From NCBI GenBank assembly GCA_964016885.1, contig OZ024742.1, positions 64,976,001 through 65,040,000 on the forward strand: 64,000 bases of DNA. Direction: 5' to 3'. Positions 1-13,888 of the stretch are shown piece by piece. A model generated the notes under the pieces. It saw only the letters and a list, made by a program, of their open reading frames with translations. It was not told the origin of the DNA and did not search any database. Source of the DNA: Eledone cirrhosa. Taxonomy: Eukaryota. The position numbers and the translations under genes are program-made. The first letter of the stretch is position 1. The number at the start of each line of letters is the position of its first letter.

Positions 1-47
1 ACCATGATATAAATCCTGTGAAATAATCTGTTAGATATATATGACTT

Positions 48-520
48 TATGTAAAGAAACAAGTAGAAGAAATTGAACATTTGTTAAAATTGGACATTAT
101 TGAGAAAGCTGATGACCCCACAACACAAGTTTCACATTTAGTTGTGGCAGCAAAGAAAGATAGCTCTGTTTGTGTTTGAGCCTTTGCAGAATAAATACTG
201 TTAACTAAATGAGACAGTATCCAATATTTACTGTTGGTGAGGTACAAGAATATTTAAATTAATAATGGTTTTCTTTAGAAAACTGTATATTAACATGTGC
301 TGCTACCAAGTAGAATTAGATCCATTGTTGCATCATATAATATTTGCTTATTCCAGCAGATTATATCCATACAAATTGTTAGTTTTACTAATTTCCTCAA
401 TATTTGAAGAATTTCAGGAAATTATTAGCAGTCTTTTTAAATCTGAACCTAACATAGGTAACATTGCAGATGGTATTCTAGTTAATGGAAGGGCAAAGAA
501 AAAGAACATGACATGACATT
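48..520 (+). mobile_element. Degenerate Ty3/Gypsy-like reverse transcriptase fragment
   Basis: The frame from 48 reads YVKKQVEEIEHLLKLDIIEKADDPTTQVSHLVVAAKKDSSVCV*, resembling the Gypsy RT start (IIE..PT.WVSP.VVVPKKDGS.R.CVD). ORF 265..516 has EEFQEII...NIADGILVNG, a decayed catalytic DD region. Confidence 0.6.
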
Positions 521-879
521 GATTGGCCTCTTCATATTAAATTACACATAATGTATTTTTTATGTAAAGCAGAATATTTTAACTTAATTCTTTCAAATCG
601 GGGAGTTAAACTGACAGTGTGTGTGTGTATGTGTGTGTGTGGTCGTGGTGGTGGTCTGGAGGGAGGGGGGTGATTAATGTTGTGACTAACTTTAAATGTC
701 CAAGAAAACTGAGTGAAGAAAATTTTGAATTATTCAATTTCTTGGTCACTTCATATCTCATTTAGTTACTTCACCAGACATACACAAATAATTGCAAGCT
801 AGCACTAGTCCATGGATTCGGGACAATTTACATTCATGACACATTTTCAACTAACTCTTTGATCAATCCAATCTCAATC

Positions 880-1560
880 CAACTCAGGATGTTGCATACT
901 TTCTAGGAGTGCTAAATTCTCTGGAGACTGGGTTGATGCGTTGTCTGTGGGAGACATTGTTGGTCTATTCAGTCTGTATGAGTTCTGCATTTCCATCGCT
1001 TTCAGAGTTGAGGCTGTTGTGTGTTGGTGTTTGAAATATCAATGTGGCAAGCCTCTTGATTTTGTGGATTGTTATCAACTAAATGCAGGCTGCTTTGCTC
1101 ATAACACCAAGTGAAACCTTATGATAAAACAGATCATAGCCAGAATCAATATCCCTTCAGTTCTGGAGCCAGTTGAATTGTCCAGGGTCACTGGGAAGAG
1201 GCCTGATGGTCTTATCTTCTGCACTTGGACAGGAGGTAGATGCCTCCTATGGAATGCCACTGACAGTGACTCTCACTATTTCACACAGAGAACCCTTGAT
1301 GCTACAGTAAAGGTGGGGATTACTTCATCTATAGCTAAACTTCTGAAATACCATTATTGGTAAACTGTATCATTCAGCCTGTGGCATTCAAGTCATTTGG
1401 GATAGCTTGGCTACTGACAAGGTTTTTGTCATTGTTGTCAGTGTGCCTTACTGAAGTATCTGGCAGTGCATGTGAGGGTACTTCAATATTTCAGTGCCCT
1501 AGTTTCATTATTACATGCAACAATGCTTTTTGTTTACTCTGGATGAAAGTGTATTGACTT
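880..1560 (+). mobile_element. Decayed CRE-like non-LTR retrotransposon C-terminus (restriction-like endonuclease)
   Basis: ORF 1121..1363 contains IPSVLEPVELSRVTGKRPDGL...W..GRCLLWNAT, the EP..L.R.DGKRPDG motif of CRE-clade elements. Upstream SGDWVDAL resembles SG.WL.ALP. Confidence 0.65.
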
Positions 1561-1699
1561 TTTGCACCATTGAGTGAGGAGGGTGATTTTGGACATCCTG
1601 CAGGACAAAAACAAAACCTGACAAAGGATGGAAGAACTCATAAGAGTCAACGGCCATCCAAAAATTGTGTAAATATGTATATAGTGTATATAGTGTATA

Positions 1700-4600
1700 T
1701 TTGGTAGCCTTGGTTGGCAATCTGTCTAGGAGAGGGACCACTCTGATTTCAAAGCTGGGGCAGACAAGCTCTTTGGCCTTGATAGGCAATCTGCCAAACC
1801 AATCCTGACTGGGTTAAACGACGACATTGATAAGCAGGATGTCGGATCAATAGATAAGGCAATGATCAAGTAACTGTGAATTTGGTTCATACTACTAGTG
1901 GCAAGGCGATCATATCAACTATTGTTGGATGTTTCGGTGAGGCACAACCGCTCTAATACAGAGTACTGCTTTCACTTGTATGGAGTAGTGACCGCAAGTG
2001 TATATCCAGCTATTGAAAGCTAAATATGACACAAATCCTTCGATGTTCATCCCGCAGCGCTCGTCGCGCGGTTAAACAAGGAGCGCGTCCTGCAACGGAT
2101 TCCCAGATTGCAGTCGAAAAATCAGATACTGGGAAACATACACGGAGAAAATAACCAACCCGACTTGTACATGGAAAGAAAGACATCTTTGCTGGTACAC
2201 TCAATGTTCAAACACTCCAGAAAGACCATAAAATCCCTGAACTGATTGCTTCAGCAGGGGCGACCAACCATGATGTTATCTGTCTTCAGGAGCACCGGTT
2301 CATACATGAAGAGCTTGTAACAAAGGAGCAAATATTTGGCAATTGGAGGCTGATAACCTGCTCAGCTTGGAAAGACAACATGAATGCAGCAAATGGTAGA
2401 GTTGGAATGCTTTTCAGCCCGCGAGCCTATGATGCACTTGCGAGTGTTGAAATGATAACATCAAGGATAATGATAGTTACGTTTAACGGGAATCCTAAAA
2501 CCATTGTAATCTCTTGCTATAGTCCAACAAATGCATGTGACATGACCGACTCACTAGACAAATCCCGAAATATAATGTTCTCATCATTGGCGGAGACTTC
2601 AACGCGCGTCTTGGACAGCTTGATGGATTCAAATTCTCATAGCACTCACAAACCAATAGAAACGGTTGTATGCTAAAAGATTACTTGTGTGAGAACAATT
2701 TACGTTGTCTCAACGCCATATTCCAAAAAAGACCAGGCCAGCGGTAGACACACAAATCTCCAAATGGCGACAAGACACAACTGGACTATATCATAATCAA
2801 TCGAAAATGGAAGAACAGCGCAAAAAACTGCAGAGTATATGACTCATTTGTTAGTGTTGACTGGGATCATCGCATTGTCTCGGCCAAGATACGATTAAGT
2901 CTCCGAGTGAATAAAAAGAAATCTGCAAGTCCTACTCCTTACAACTAGGCAGTTCTGAATACCAATCCTGAGACTTACAAAACCTTTGTAACCCAACTGA
3001 GCAACTGATTTGCTGCCCTACAAGACTCTGCGCCAACAAAATCGTCAAATTCTACATTTGACCACTTTCAAATGGCATTCAAAGAGGCAGCGGCCAACAC
3101 CATCCCTTTAAAACCCAAGGTTAAAAAACGAAAACCCTGGGAAACAGAGAGGATACGCCAAAAGTGCAAAGAGTTGCGAAAAGCTGCAGAATTGAAAGAC
3201 ACTCAACGATCTCCAGAAAACATTAGTAACTTCAGTGCTGCTTGTACAGCACTGAAAAGTGAGTATGAAATTGAGCAAGCCGAATACATGCAGAGAAAGA
3301 TCAATCATATCTCAAGTACTGTCAGCAATAAGAGGTCTGATGAAGCCTGAAAAACTGTCAATGAAATTAGTGACAGAAAAAGTAGTGACAGAGCCAAACT
3401 GAAAGCCTCCAGCCAAGACGAACGTTTAAAACTGTGGCAACAACATTTTCAGAACCTACTTGGCAAAGCACCACAGATCATCGAAGAAGAAATAATACCC
3501 GTTTTTACAGAGGAACACCAAATACAGAAAGGTCATTACACTATGGAGGAACTACAGAAAGCAGTGAAAAGTATTGGTAACGGAAAAGCGTGCGGACTCG
3601 ACGAGATCCCAGCTGAAGTGTGGAAGGTACCTGAATTTCACCCAATCCTACTAGAGTTGTGTAATGGTGTCTATAATCAAGACCCCATAGACAAATGGAC
3701 TGAGGGATGTATACTCCCTTTTCCCAAAAAGGGCGATCTTGGAATGGCTAAAAACTACCGTGGCATAACACTAATGGCAATTGCCGCAAAGGTATACAAT
3801 CTCATGTTGCTTGACAGAATAAGACTCGTCATTGACCCTTACTGAGAAAAAACCAAAATGGCTTCAGCACCAACAGATCAACATCAGGGCAAATACTTAC
3901 TTTTCGGCGTATCTTGGAAGGCGTAAAAGCCAAAAACCTCCCAGCAACTCTCCTGTTTATTGACTTTTCAAAAGCATTTGATTCCATCCATCGTGGTAGG
4001 ATGAGAGAGATACTTCTAGCCTACGGCTTGCCAAAGGAAACAGTAAATGCCATCATGATGTTATATAAAAACACCCGTGCAATGGTGCGCTCACCTGAAG
4101 GAGATACCAACTTCTTTGACATCATTGAAGGAGTACTCCAAGGGGATACTCTTGCACCATATATTTTTATCATCTGCCTCGACTATGTATTGAGAAAAGC
4201 CCTGGACGAAAACTTAGAGCTTGGTTTCACTCTCACAAAGTGAAAGTGTAGATGCCATGGAGCTCAGAAAATCACCGATGCTGAATATGCGGATGATTTA
4301 GCGGTCCTCGCTGACTACCTTAAGGATGCAACATCACTACTTCACAGCATAGATCAGTTGCAAAGGAAATCGGACTCTATGTCAACGCAGGCAAAACAGA
4401 ATATATTTGCCTGAACCAAGACTCCTCAGTTGGTATGCGAAGTCTAAACAGCGATATAATCAAGCAAGTTGACGACTTCAAATAATTGGATAGCTATATC
4501 GCCTCCACAGAACATGATATTAACATCAGACTGGGAAAATCCTGGGGAGCATTGAATGCAATGGAAAAAATATGGAAATGAAACCTGCCGGCCAAACTGA

Positions 4601-5020
4601 AAAGGAATTTCTTCAGAGCTGCTGTGCTTGTTTATGGCTCTATCACTTGGACGCTAACGTCAAAGCTGGAGAAAAAGCTAGATGGGGAATACACACGTAT
4701 GCTCCGTGCTGCTTTAAACATATCTTGGAGGGAACACCCAACAAATAAGGATCTCTATGGCAATATACAACCTATCAGCAGGTCAATACGTAAACAGAGA
4801 CTCAGATTTGCTGCCTACTGTTGGCGCAGGCGATGTATTGTTATGGAGTCCATCTCATGAAGCAAGAAACGCTGGTCATCCTAAGAAGACATACGTCAAG
4901 CAACTTGAAGATGACACTGGATGCACTGCGGAAGAACTGGCAAACATTATTAGAGACAGAGATGGATGGAGGAAAGGTATCGTAGAAGACCGAGCAAGCT
5001 CGACCTGAAAAATAACTATT
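1700..5020 (+). mobile_element. Near full-length decayed RTE-clade LINE (APE endonuclease + RT, many stops and frameshifts)
   Basis: APE start GTLNVQTL...DVICLQEHRF at ~2195-2300. RT motifs GKACGLDEIPAE, PFPKKGDL..NYRGITL, FIDFSKAFDSI, GVLQGDTLAP, EYADD. RTE-type C-terminus ends at 5008. 5'UTR-like GGCAATCTGTCTAGGAGAGGGACCACTCTGAT at ~1716. Confidence 0.85.
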
Positions 5021-5066
5021 ATATTTATGCAAGCAGGGAGAAAGTGGACGTAAAATGAAATGAAAT

Positions 5067-5079
5067 GATATATATGTAC

Positions 5080-5159
<80 letters not shown>

Positions 5160-5584
5160 ATGTATGTATGTATGTATATGTATGTATATATATATATATG
5201 TATGTATATGTATGTATATATATATATATGTATGTATATGTATGTATATATATATATATGTATGTATATGTATGTATATATATATATATGTATGTATATG
5301 TATGTATATATATATATATGTATGTATATGTATGTATGTATATGTATATGTATATGTATGTATATATATATATGTATGTATATGTATGTATATATGTATG
5401 TATATGTATGTATATATATATATATGTATGTATGTATATGTATATATATATATATGTATGTATATGTATGTATATATATATGTATGTATATATATATATA
5501 TGTATGTATATGTATGTATATATGTGTATGTATATGTATGTATATATGTGTATGTATATGTGTATATATATATATATGTGTGTA

Positions 5585-5627
<43 letters not shown>
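5067..5627. repeat. (TA)n/(TATG)n compound microsatellite
   Basis: Directly visible; source of the spurious IY/YI ORFs. Confidence 0.98.
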
Positions 5628-8600
5628 ATCATCATCATCATCATCATCAACGTTTAACGTCCGTGTTCCACGCTTGCATGGGTTTGGACGGGGGTAGTCC
5701 CACTTGAGGCAAGAGTGATTTTCTTGCTCGCATAGGACTGTCTGGAAGGTTTTCTACAGTTGGATGCCCTTCCTAACACCAACCACATTTACAGTGTGGG
5801 TCTGGGAGGTTTTTACCGTGTTGCCTACACGGCCACATTACAGCGTGGACTGTGTGTTTTTTTGTCGTGACACCTACACGATCTCATTTGTTTCGGCCTG
5901 GATGGCGCGGCACCAACATAACTTTACATAGAACGGGGTGGTGTGGATGGGGTGGGGGTGGTGGTGGTGGGACGGGGTGTATTTTGTTAGAGATGCCTAC
6001 TGGCAAGGCGGGTCTTCTCTATTACTGAGTACCGCCAAAGGTCTCGGTCCAGTGACATTGTCTTGGTGAGGTGTAAGTGTGTGAGGTCGGAGTTTATCAG
6101 CTCGTCCCAGGTTTTTCTGGGTCTGCCTATTCCGTGGCTACCGTCTATCTTTATTGCCCTGCACTTTGTTATACAGCTATCATCCTTCATGCGCATCACG
6201 TGACCATACCAACGTAGCCTTCTCTCGAGTAAACAACATCTGATCCTTCTTATTTCTAATTTTTTCCTTAGTTCGTTTATGCTTTGTCGTTCACGTATAT
6301 TACTATTACACATCCAGCGGAGCATGCAAGCTTCGTTTCTCTCTAGTCTGCGTATATCCTCTGCACACAATGCCCAGGTCTCACTGCCATGCAACATTGC
6401 TGTTCGTATGCAGGCATCGTACAGCCTGCCTTTCATTTTTAGGGAGAACCCTTTAGCGGCTAATAGTGGTATAAGCTCTCTGAACTTTTTCCACCCAGTT
6501 CTGACTCTAGCTACTGTACTTTCAGAGCACCCTCCCCCACTGCTGATTTTGTCACCCAGGTAACGGAAGCTGTCCACTATTTCTATAGAACCCTCTGCGC
6601 AGTTGAAAGAGCTAGTATTTTGTGGGCACTTGCTGCTACTTATATCCCCAGAACACCGGCCACATGTAAAATCTATGTTCTTAGTTAGCTTACCTGTGAT
6701 CCCACTACATCTTTTATGCACCCAAACTTTGCATTTGGGACACAAAATGGAATTTCTACCTACGCCTTTCCTACACTCTGCGCATGGCCACTTCCCGGAG
6801 GGGACCGCCGCCTTATTTTCTTTCTTACAAACTAGAACTTTAGTCTTAGCTAGGTTAATTTTAAGGCCTTTTGATTCTAGGCCGTGCTTCCATGTTTGGA
6901 ATTTCTTCTCTAGCTCGGCCATTGATTCAGCTATGAGCGTTAGATCATCTGCGTATAGGAGTTCCCATGGGCAGCCGGTCTTGAACTCCACTGTTATAGC
7001 CTGAAGGGCAATAATAAATAGTAGGGGGCTAAGAACAGAGCCCTGATGAACACCAACTTTTACACTAAACTCTTCACTATATTCGTTGTTAATTCTAACC
7101 TTGCTAACTGTTTCTTTATACATGGTTTGTATAGCTCTCACAAGCCATTCATCAACACCTAGTTTTCTAAGAGCCCACCAGATAATGGAACGGGGGACTC
7201 TGTCGAAGGCCTTCTCCAAGTCGACGAAAGCTAAGTATAGGGGTTTACTTTTAGCTAGGTACTTCTCCTGTAGTTGTCGTACAATGAAAAGAGCGACTGT
7301 GGTACTTTTACCTGACACAAACCCAAACTGCATTTCATCTAGATCAATTCGCTCTCTGATTAGTTGCGCTATAACTCTTTCTGTGACCTTCATGACCTGG
7401 TCAACTAACTTAATGCCTCTATAGTTTCCCCTATCTAGAGCATCCCCTTTACCCTTGTAGCAGTTAATGATGATGCTGCTACGCCAGTCTTTCGGTGTGA
7501 CCCCATTCTGTATTACTTGGTTAACTATACGGGTGACCATAGTATGTCCCACCATTCCAGATGCCTTCAACATCTCAGCAACTATCTCCAAAAGCCCAGC
7601 TGCCTTGCTTGTCTTCATATCTTTGATTGCTTTACTTATTATACTACCTTTAACTTGCACCGCTGGTCCTTCTATTGGATCGATTTGGGGCAGACTATCT
7701 TTTTCCCATTTATTCTCCTCATTTAATAGTCTCTCGAAGTGACACTTCCAGTATCAGCGAGCGCAAGTACACCATTATCATTACGGACACACTTCTCCCC
7801 GACAATATCACGGTTTTCCTTGACACATTGTCTAGCAATCCTGAACACCTCACGTTTTTGGTCCTCACGTTGTAGAACATGCTTGAACTTTCTATCCTCT
7901 GCTACCCTTTTTGCAAGGTACACTTGTCTCCTAGCTTCTCTCCTGGCCACTTAATAGTGCTCTCTACTTCCCCCATCCTGCCATACTTTCCAAGCCTGCT
8001 TTTTGGCCTTGATTGTCTCTTCCACCTTACTGTTCCACCACCAAGTTACTCTCCTCCTGCCAATAGGTCTGCTCCAGCCACAGATTTCATCTGTTGCTTT
8101 CAGCAGGTTTACTTTCAAGAATTGCCACTGTTCCTCTATATCGCACGTCTCTAATTGCTCTTCCTTATTGTCAAAGGCATCAAGTAATAAGCTTTTAAAT
8201 TTGTCACTGGCTATGGGGTCCTTCAACTTCCATATTCTTCTCCTCAAGGTAGGCCTCCTCTGTCGTCGAGGTCTCCTCTGACTATGAGGTCACTAACTAC
8301 TAGGCTATGTTGGGAGGTGCATTCTTCACGGGGGAGGGATTTAGTGTTTACAACAGACATTTTGTCCCGTCTTCTAGTAAGGATATAATCTATCTGGCTG
8401 GCGTGTTCCCCTGATCTATAGGTGATCAAGTGGTTTTCCCGTTTTTTTGAAGTTTGTGTTACAGATAGTTAGGCTATTTGCGTCACAGAATTCCAGGATT
8501 CTGAAGCCCTCCTCATTTCTATTTCCAACCCCATAGCCTCCATGGATTCCATCATAGCCATCACTATGTTGTCCAACGTGACCGTTTAGATCGCCAGCAA

Positions 8601-8891
8601 TAATTAAGTAGTCACTGTCGGTTATTTGGGAGGTAGTGTGCATTAGCATCTCATAGAACCTGTCCTTTATAACATCAGATAGACCAGATTGGGGTGCATA
8701 AGCAGATTCTATTTAGAACTAGTCTTAATTCAATTATTCTGTCATTCACTCTATTTACGTCAATTACCTTATCTACCCATTTTTCAGCTAACATAATTCT
8801 TACACCACCCTGTCCGTTGTCATTTCCCACCCAGAAAAGTTTATGGCATCGTTTTTTACCCACGATGAATCTTGAATACCTAGTCTCTTGA
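5628..8891 (-). mobile_element. RTE LINE family A, 5'-truncated, frameshifted
   Basis: RT ORF 5987..7660 ([25 protein letters not shown]). APE pieces at 7723-8891. 3'UTR ~5650-5990 and (GAT)n tail at 5628-5648. Collinear with the copy at 44839-48527. Confidence 0.95.
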
Positions 8892-9026
8892 ATACAACAA
8901 ACATCAACTTCATGTATATATATGTATATATATATACATATATATATACATATATATATATGTATGTATATGTATAAATATATATGTATATATATATATG
9001 TATGTATATGTATATATATATATATA

Positions 9027-9441
9027 TATCAAAATAAAGATCTGGCATGGTATAAATTTCCAATCATTTTAATCACGACAATAATCAATAAGATAATGAA
9101 TTGTCTTCAAATCCTTGATATGAGGGAGAAAATTTAACGATGTTCACTCACTAGATAGAGTTTTGTCCCCCAAGGATTTGAAGACAATTCATTTTCACCT
9201 GACGAGATCAGTGATAATCGATCATGGCCGCACGATCGATCTATCTCTTATTGAAACGTGTCGTGATTAAAATGACTGGAAATTTATACTATGCCTTCGG
9301 ATCTTTATTTTGATACAAATACTCCATTTTACATCATCTAGCTGTTCCCATAAATGGAATTAGAGATATACAAAAGCGTGGTGAACTTAATATTGCTAAC
9401 AAAGGTTTATTGGACCGTATGACACAACCAATAATACACCT

Positions 9442-9445
<4 letters not shown>
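9027..9445 (+). mobile_element. Non-coding pLTR-like foldback unit with hammerhead motif
   Basis: Bounded by TA arrays. Inverted repeats 9027-9080/9259-9315 and 9096-9118/9171-9193. Hammerhead core inside. Confidence 0.6.
9195..9266 (+). ncRNA. Type I hammerhead ribozyme-like motif with long stem II
   Basis: tcac-CTGACGA-(gat...atcgatc..gatcgat...att)-GAAAC-gt-GTC-gtga; stem I tcac/gtga. Confidence 0.6.
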
Positions 9446-9476
<31 letters not shown>

Positions 9477-9478
<2 letters not shown>

Positions 9479-10870
9479 AACGAGTAAGACCCCGACGGCT
9501 GAGCTCAGGCCGTTTCGACGGCTAATTCTGGACTAAATGAAAATTTTTATCCTGGTATATGAATAGCCGAGCTTCTCAGGGGGTAATTCCATATATGGTA
9601 AAAGTGATTGTCACAAGGATTGGTCAAAAGTTTGTTGTGAGACACATAATTCTATCATGGCAATTTGTGGAAGGAAGGGGTAGCTGAACCTGCCAGTAGA
9701 AGAAAGAGGGAGAGGGGGTGGAGGAAACCCAGTTGTGCGTTGATAGTGCCAACTACAGCAGAGCAGGAGGTCAAGGAAGTATACTAGGGAGGGGGAGGGG
9801 GAGGAAGTCGAAACAATAAGTAAAACAATATGGGGTAAATATATAGAAAAATACTGAGAATGTTAAAAAAACAATTAAATATAAACAAAAACAATTTCTG
9901 GTTACTATTCCCTAAGGACAGCCGGCAAGTCTCTCACTGGTACTGCTAGACTATAGAAAAGTTTACTAGGTGGGACGGAATTATAATGAGACCCTTTTAA
10001 GAGGTAGTAGTAATCAACCGAGTATATCTTACGGTGACGGGTCAACAAGTGGGGGGCCAAAATACTAAAGAAACTACCACAAAATAATAATTCAGAGTCC
10101 TAAGACTAATACGAAATAATTGTTTCTACCCTAGGCACAAGGCCAGCAACCACCCAGTGCAAAAAATAAACTAGTACGAAATAATAATTCAGAATCCCGA
10201 AAAAGAATACTAATACTATCTCTAAGGGTGCCGCTACGATACAAAAATTCTAGTGCAAACTACATAAATGCTCGTACGAAGTATATTAAAAATTTGATAC
10301 GGAAAATTAATTCAGACTAGGAAGGGATGGGGGGAAGAAGGAAATATAGAGGAAGCTATAAAAAGATATAAAAGAAGATCTTACGTCTACCTTTGCAAGC
10401 AGGGGTTACCCATTACAAAGTCGGCAAGTGGGGTGTTACAGCCCTTGTCTACCCGCCCGGGTCATTATGGGGTTTGAGGGCGAGGTAAGTCCTATGCAAT
10501 CTGTGTTTGCATGCAGTTATCAGTTCATCTTTCTTGTTTAGGAGTTGGTCCGTCGAAAACAGCATTTGTAAAGTTTCCTCCGAGCATAAATTGCACGGAC
10601 GGCGTCCTCCCGTGTAAGAGTTGGCTCTGGACAGTAAGCTCCAAGTGAGATCATAGGTAATATTGTTATCCTTGAGGTCCCAGATGTGGCCCGAAAGTGT
10701 CGTGGCGTGACGCCGGGCCGGGTTTCGGAAGATATGTCTGTGTTGGTGTAGCCGGGTCCTGAGCTCAGCCGTCGGGGTCTTACTCGTTCCTACTACCCAC
10801 TCTACTACCCTAAGTATTGAGTACTTTGGTGCGTTATGGTCCACCTGGTTCCTTACCACATTTCCTTCAT
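9477..10870 (-). mobile_element. Penelope-like element 3' remnant (GIY-YIG C-terminal half plus pLTR)
   Basis: ORF 10449..10859 has RTRLHQH...LSGHIWDLK...CNLCSEE...LLNKKDELITACKHR, a PLE endonuclease C-terminus. Hammerhead-like motif at 9490-9583. Confidence 0.8.
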
Positions 10871-10901
10871 TATATATATATATGTGTGTGTGTGTATATA
10901 T

Positions 10902-11925
10902 AGTCAGGGTAGGAATGGAGTTTAGTGAGGAATTCTAGATACAGTACATAAAGGTTCGGTCCTCAGCCCGCTCTTGTTCATTATAGTCCTCCAAGCCATA
11001 ACAGAGGAGTTTAAGACTTGCTGTCCATGGGAACTTCTCTATGCTGACGATCTGGTTCTTATAGCAGAATCAGTAGAGGAGCTAGAGAATAAATCCTGGC
11101 TATGGAAACAGCAGTTGGAAGCAAGAGGACTGAGAGTGAAACTAGCTAAGGCAAAAGTGTTGATGAGTAGAAAAGAGGACAAAACTCTGATTCTGTCAGG
11201 GAAATGGCCATGTTCGATATGCAGAAAAGGAACTGGCATAAATTCTATAAAATGCACACAATGTACAGGGAAATTAGACAGTAGAAGTTGCATTGATAGA
11301 CACATTTTCCAAATGCAGGCGGGTGCTATAGAAGTGGTGGATAGCTTCTGGTACCTAGGAGATCAGATTAGCATGGGAGGGGGGGTGTTCCGAGGCCATA
11401 GTATCTAAAATAAGTAGGGTTGGAAGAAGTTTAGGGAGCTGCTTCCTCTCCTGACGAAGAAGGGTTTCTCCCTGCGTACAAAAGGCCGGTTATATGATGC
11501 CTGTGTGAGGAGCGCGATGCTGCATGGTAGTGAGACATGGGCAGCAACTGCAGAGGATATGCGACGGCTGGAGAGAAATGAGGCAAGCATGCTCCGTTGG
11601 ATGTGCAGTGTCAAAGTGCGTGAACGACCCAGCATGGATGTGTTGAGAGAGAAACTGTGTCTGAAAGGTATAGAATTTAGTGTGCGAGAGAGGAGACTGC
11701 GGTGGTATGGACATGCGATGCGCATGGAGGATGACCGATGGGTGAAGAAGTGCCAGGAAATGCTAGTTGAAGGAAGACGTGGTAGAAGTAGACCATGAAA
11801 AACATGGGCGGAGGTGGTGAGAACAGACCCCAGATCGCTGAAGCTCACAGTGGAGAAATGGTGTGCTGATTAAGACACGTCCCACCCTTGCAAGCAAGGA
11901 CGTAAAATGATGATGATGATGATGA
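10902..11925 (+). mobile_element. RTE LINE family B, 3' fragment
   Basis: [10 protein letters not shown]...RRLRWYGH motifs. Tail CCCACCCTTGCAAGCAAGGACGTAAAA(TGA)n. Same family as 36350-37650. Confidence 0.9.
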
Positions 11926-11990
11926 TATATGTATATGAATATATATATATATTTGACGAAAATATGTGTATATATATATGTATATATATA

Positions 11991-13888
11991 CCCTCCTCGT
12001 CCACAGCTCCCTACCCCCAACCCACGCTCCCCCCCCCCGGTTCCTTTCCCTGTTCTAGGCCCCGCTGCAACACCTGTCCCCACATCACCAACACCACCAC
12101 CTTCCAGGTGGTGGTGTTGGTGATGTGGGGACAGCTGCACCTCCTCCAACCTAGTCTACTGAATTAGCTGCACGGAGTGCAGCGCGACTTACGTCGGACA
12201 GACTGGACGTCGCCTGGCGGACAGATTTACTGAGCACCTCCGGGATATTCGTCTCGGTGGTAGTTACCCCATCGCCCGTCACTTTGGTGCCCCTGGACAT
12301 TCCGCAACACCACCTCACAGTCTGTGGCCTACTCCAATGCCACGGAACACCCGCCACTCTCCTAAGGGTCGAACAACGAACCATCTTCACCCTACAGACC
12401 CACACTCCCCCGGCCTGAACTCCCCACCCTTATTCCTTTAGCCTTCGACCGCCCCCTCCCTCACACATATCCCCCACTAACACCACTAACACACCCCTCC
12501 TTTTCACCGCCCACCCCACAACTAACAATACTAACACCTCCACCCACATCCGAGCACCCTTCCCCAACTAACATACTAACATCCCCCCTTCTCCCCCCTC
12601 CTTATCACACGCACACACACACCGGTACATATATACACGCGCTCACACTAAACACACACCCTACTACCACCACTAACCCTCACCCCCACACATCCACCCC
12701 ACCACCCCGCAACTAACATCACTAACACCCCCTGACCCCAAGCACACGAACATACACACCCACTTACACCACCCACTCTACACGCAACTAACATCACTAA
12801 CACCCCCCAACCCTATGCACACGAACACACACACCCTCTTACACCACCCACTAACACCCCCTTCACCACACACACACACACACCAGTACACTACACTCCC
12901 TCCATCGTCCCCCCACACCCTTCTCTCTCCGCTCCACCCACACCCTTTCTCAAACACACACATCCCACTAACACCTCTACTAATACACACACCCCCTCCA
13001 CACTCCAACACTTTCACACCTACCCATCCTCTCCCCTGTCCTCCGCACCTCCGCACACACTGACTTTCTTCACTTACCATTCTACCCTACTGCTGCTATG
13101 CCTCTCTGACCACCTCCCCGCACACACAGACACACAACCCTCCTCCTGCCTTGACCTCCTGACCACTTCCTGTTGCGCGCGCACCCCACATCTCCCCTCT
13201 TCCGACCAATCTCTTCACGGATTACACATATGTGAACCTTGATCCCGAGAATCTACCGCATCCCAAGGATTCTACTCAGCATTCCACCGCATCTTTTTAC
13301 GGACTTACCTTTACGACTCACCCCCAGACATACACCCCAAAAAAATTTTTTTCCCACGCGCCACCTACATCCACAACACGCATAAACACCACACACACAC
13401 GTGCGTACCACCACATATTTACACATTCAGCCTCCGGAATCCTCTCCCCCCACCCCTCTATCCACACGCATCACACTCCAACCTACACCCCACCCCACAC
13501 ACACCTCTTCGTGAACATGCAACCCCGTTCTTCCCCCAACCCTTGCTTTCACATATATACACACGTACACCTACACACACACACCACCTTCAGCCCTCCC
13601 TGCTCGGACACCCCATCTCCCTCTCCCCACTCCACCCGCCACCACCCCTACACGCCCCACACCCTTCCACCACCTGTTTTACCCCATTTTAATTTTATTT
13701 TGATCATGCCTTTATTTTTAATTTCATTTGCACCGTTTCCTCTCACCCCCTTTTTGCTATATGTCTCTCCACCACTCCCCTACACACTCTTTGAACTCTC
13801 TTCCCACACACTTTTCACCTGAAGAAGGGCTTATGCCCGAAACGTCGTTCCCCACCACCACCCCACTCTCAAGAGCGTGAAACTAATA

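Noticed and set aside
4841-5707. Long IY/YI/MYV ORFs here and at 14.8-17 kb, 21.6-24.2 kb and 28.5-30.5 kb
   Set aside because: Translations of TA/TG microsatellites, which lack stop codons.
6279-7742. Antisense ORFs over RTE copies
   Set aside because: Shadow frames of the RT gene, repeated only because the element is repeated.
12778-13822. His/Thr/Pro-rich ORFs
   Set aside because: CA-rich low-complexity 3' region of the PLE.
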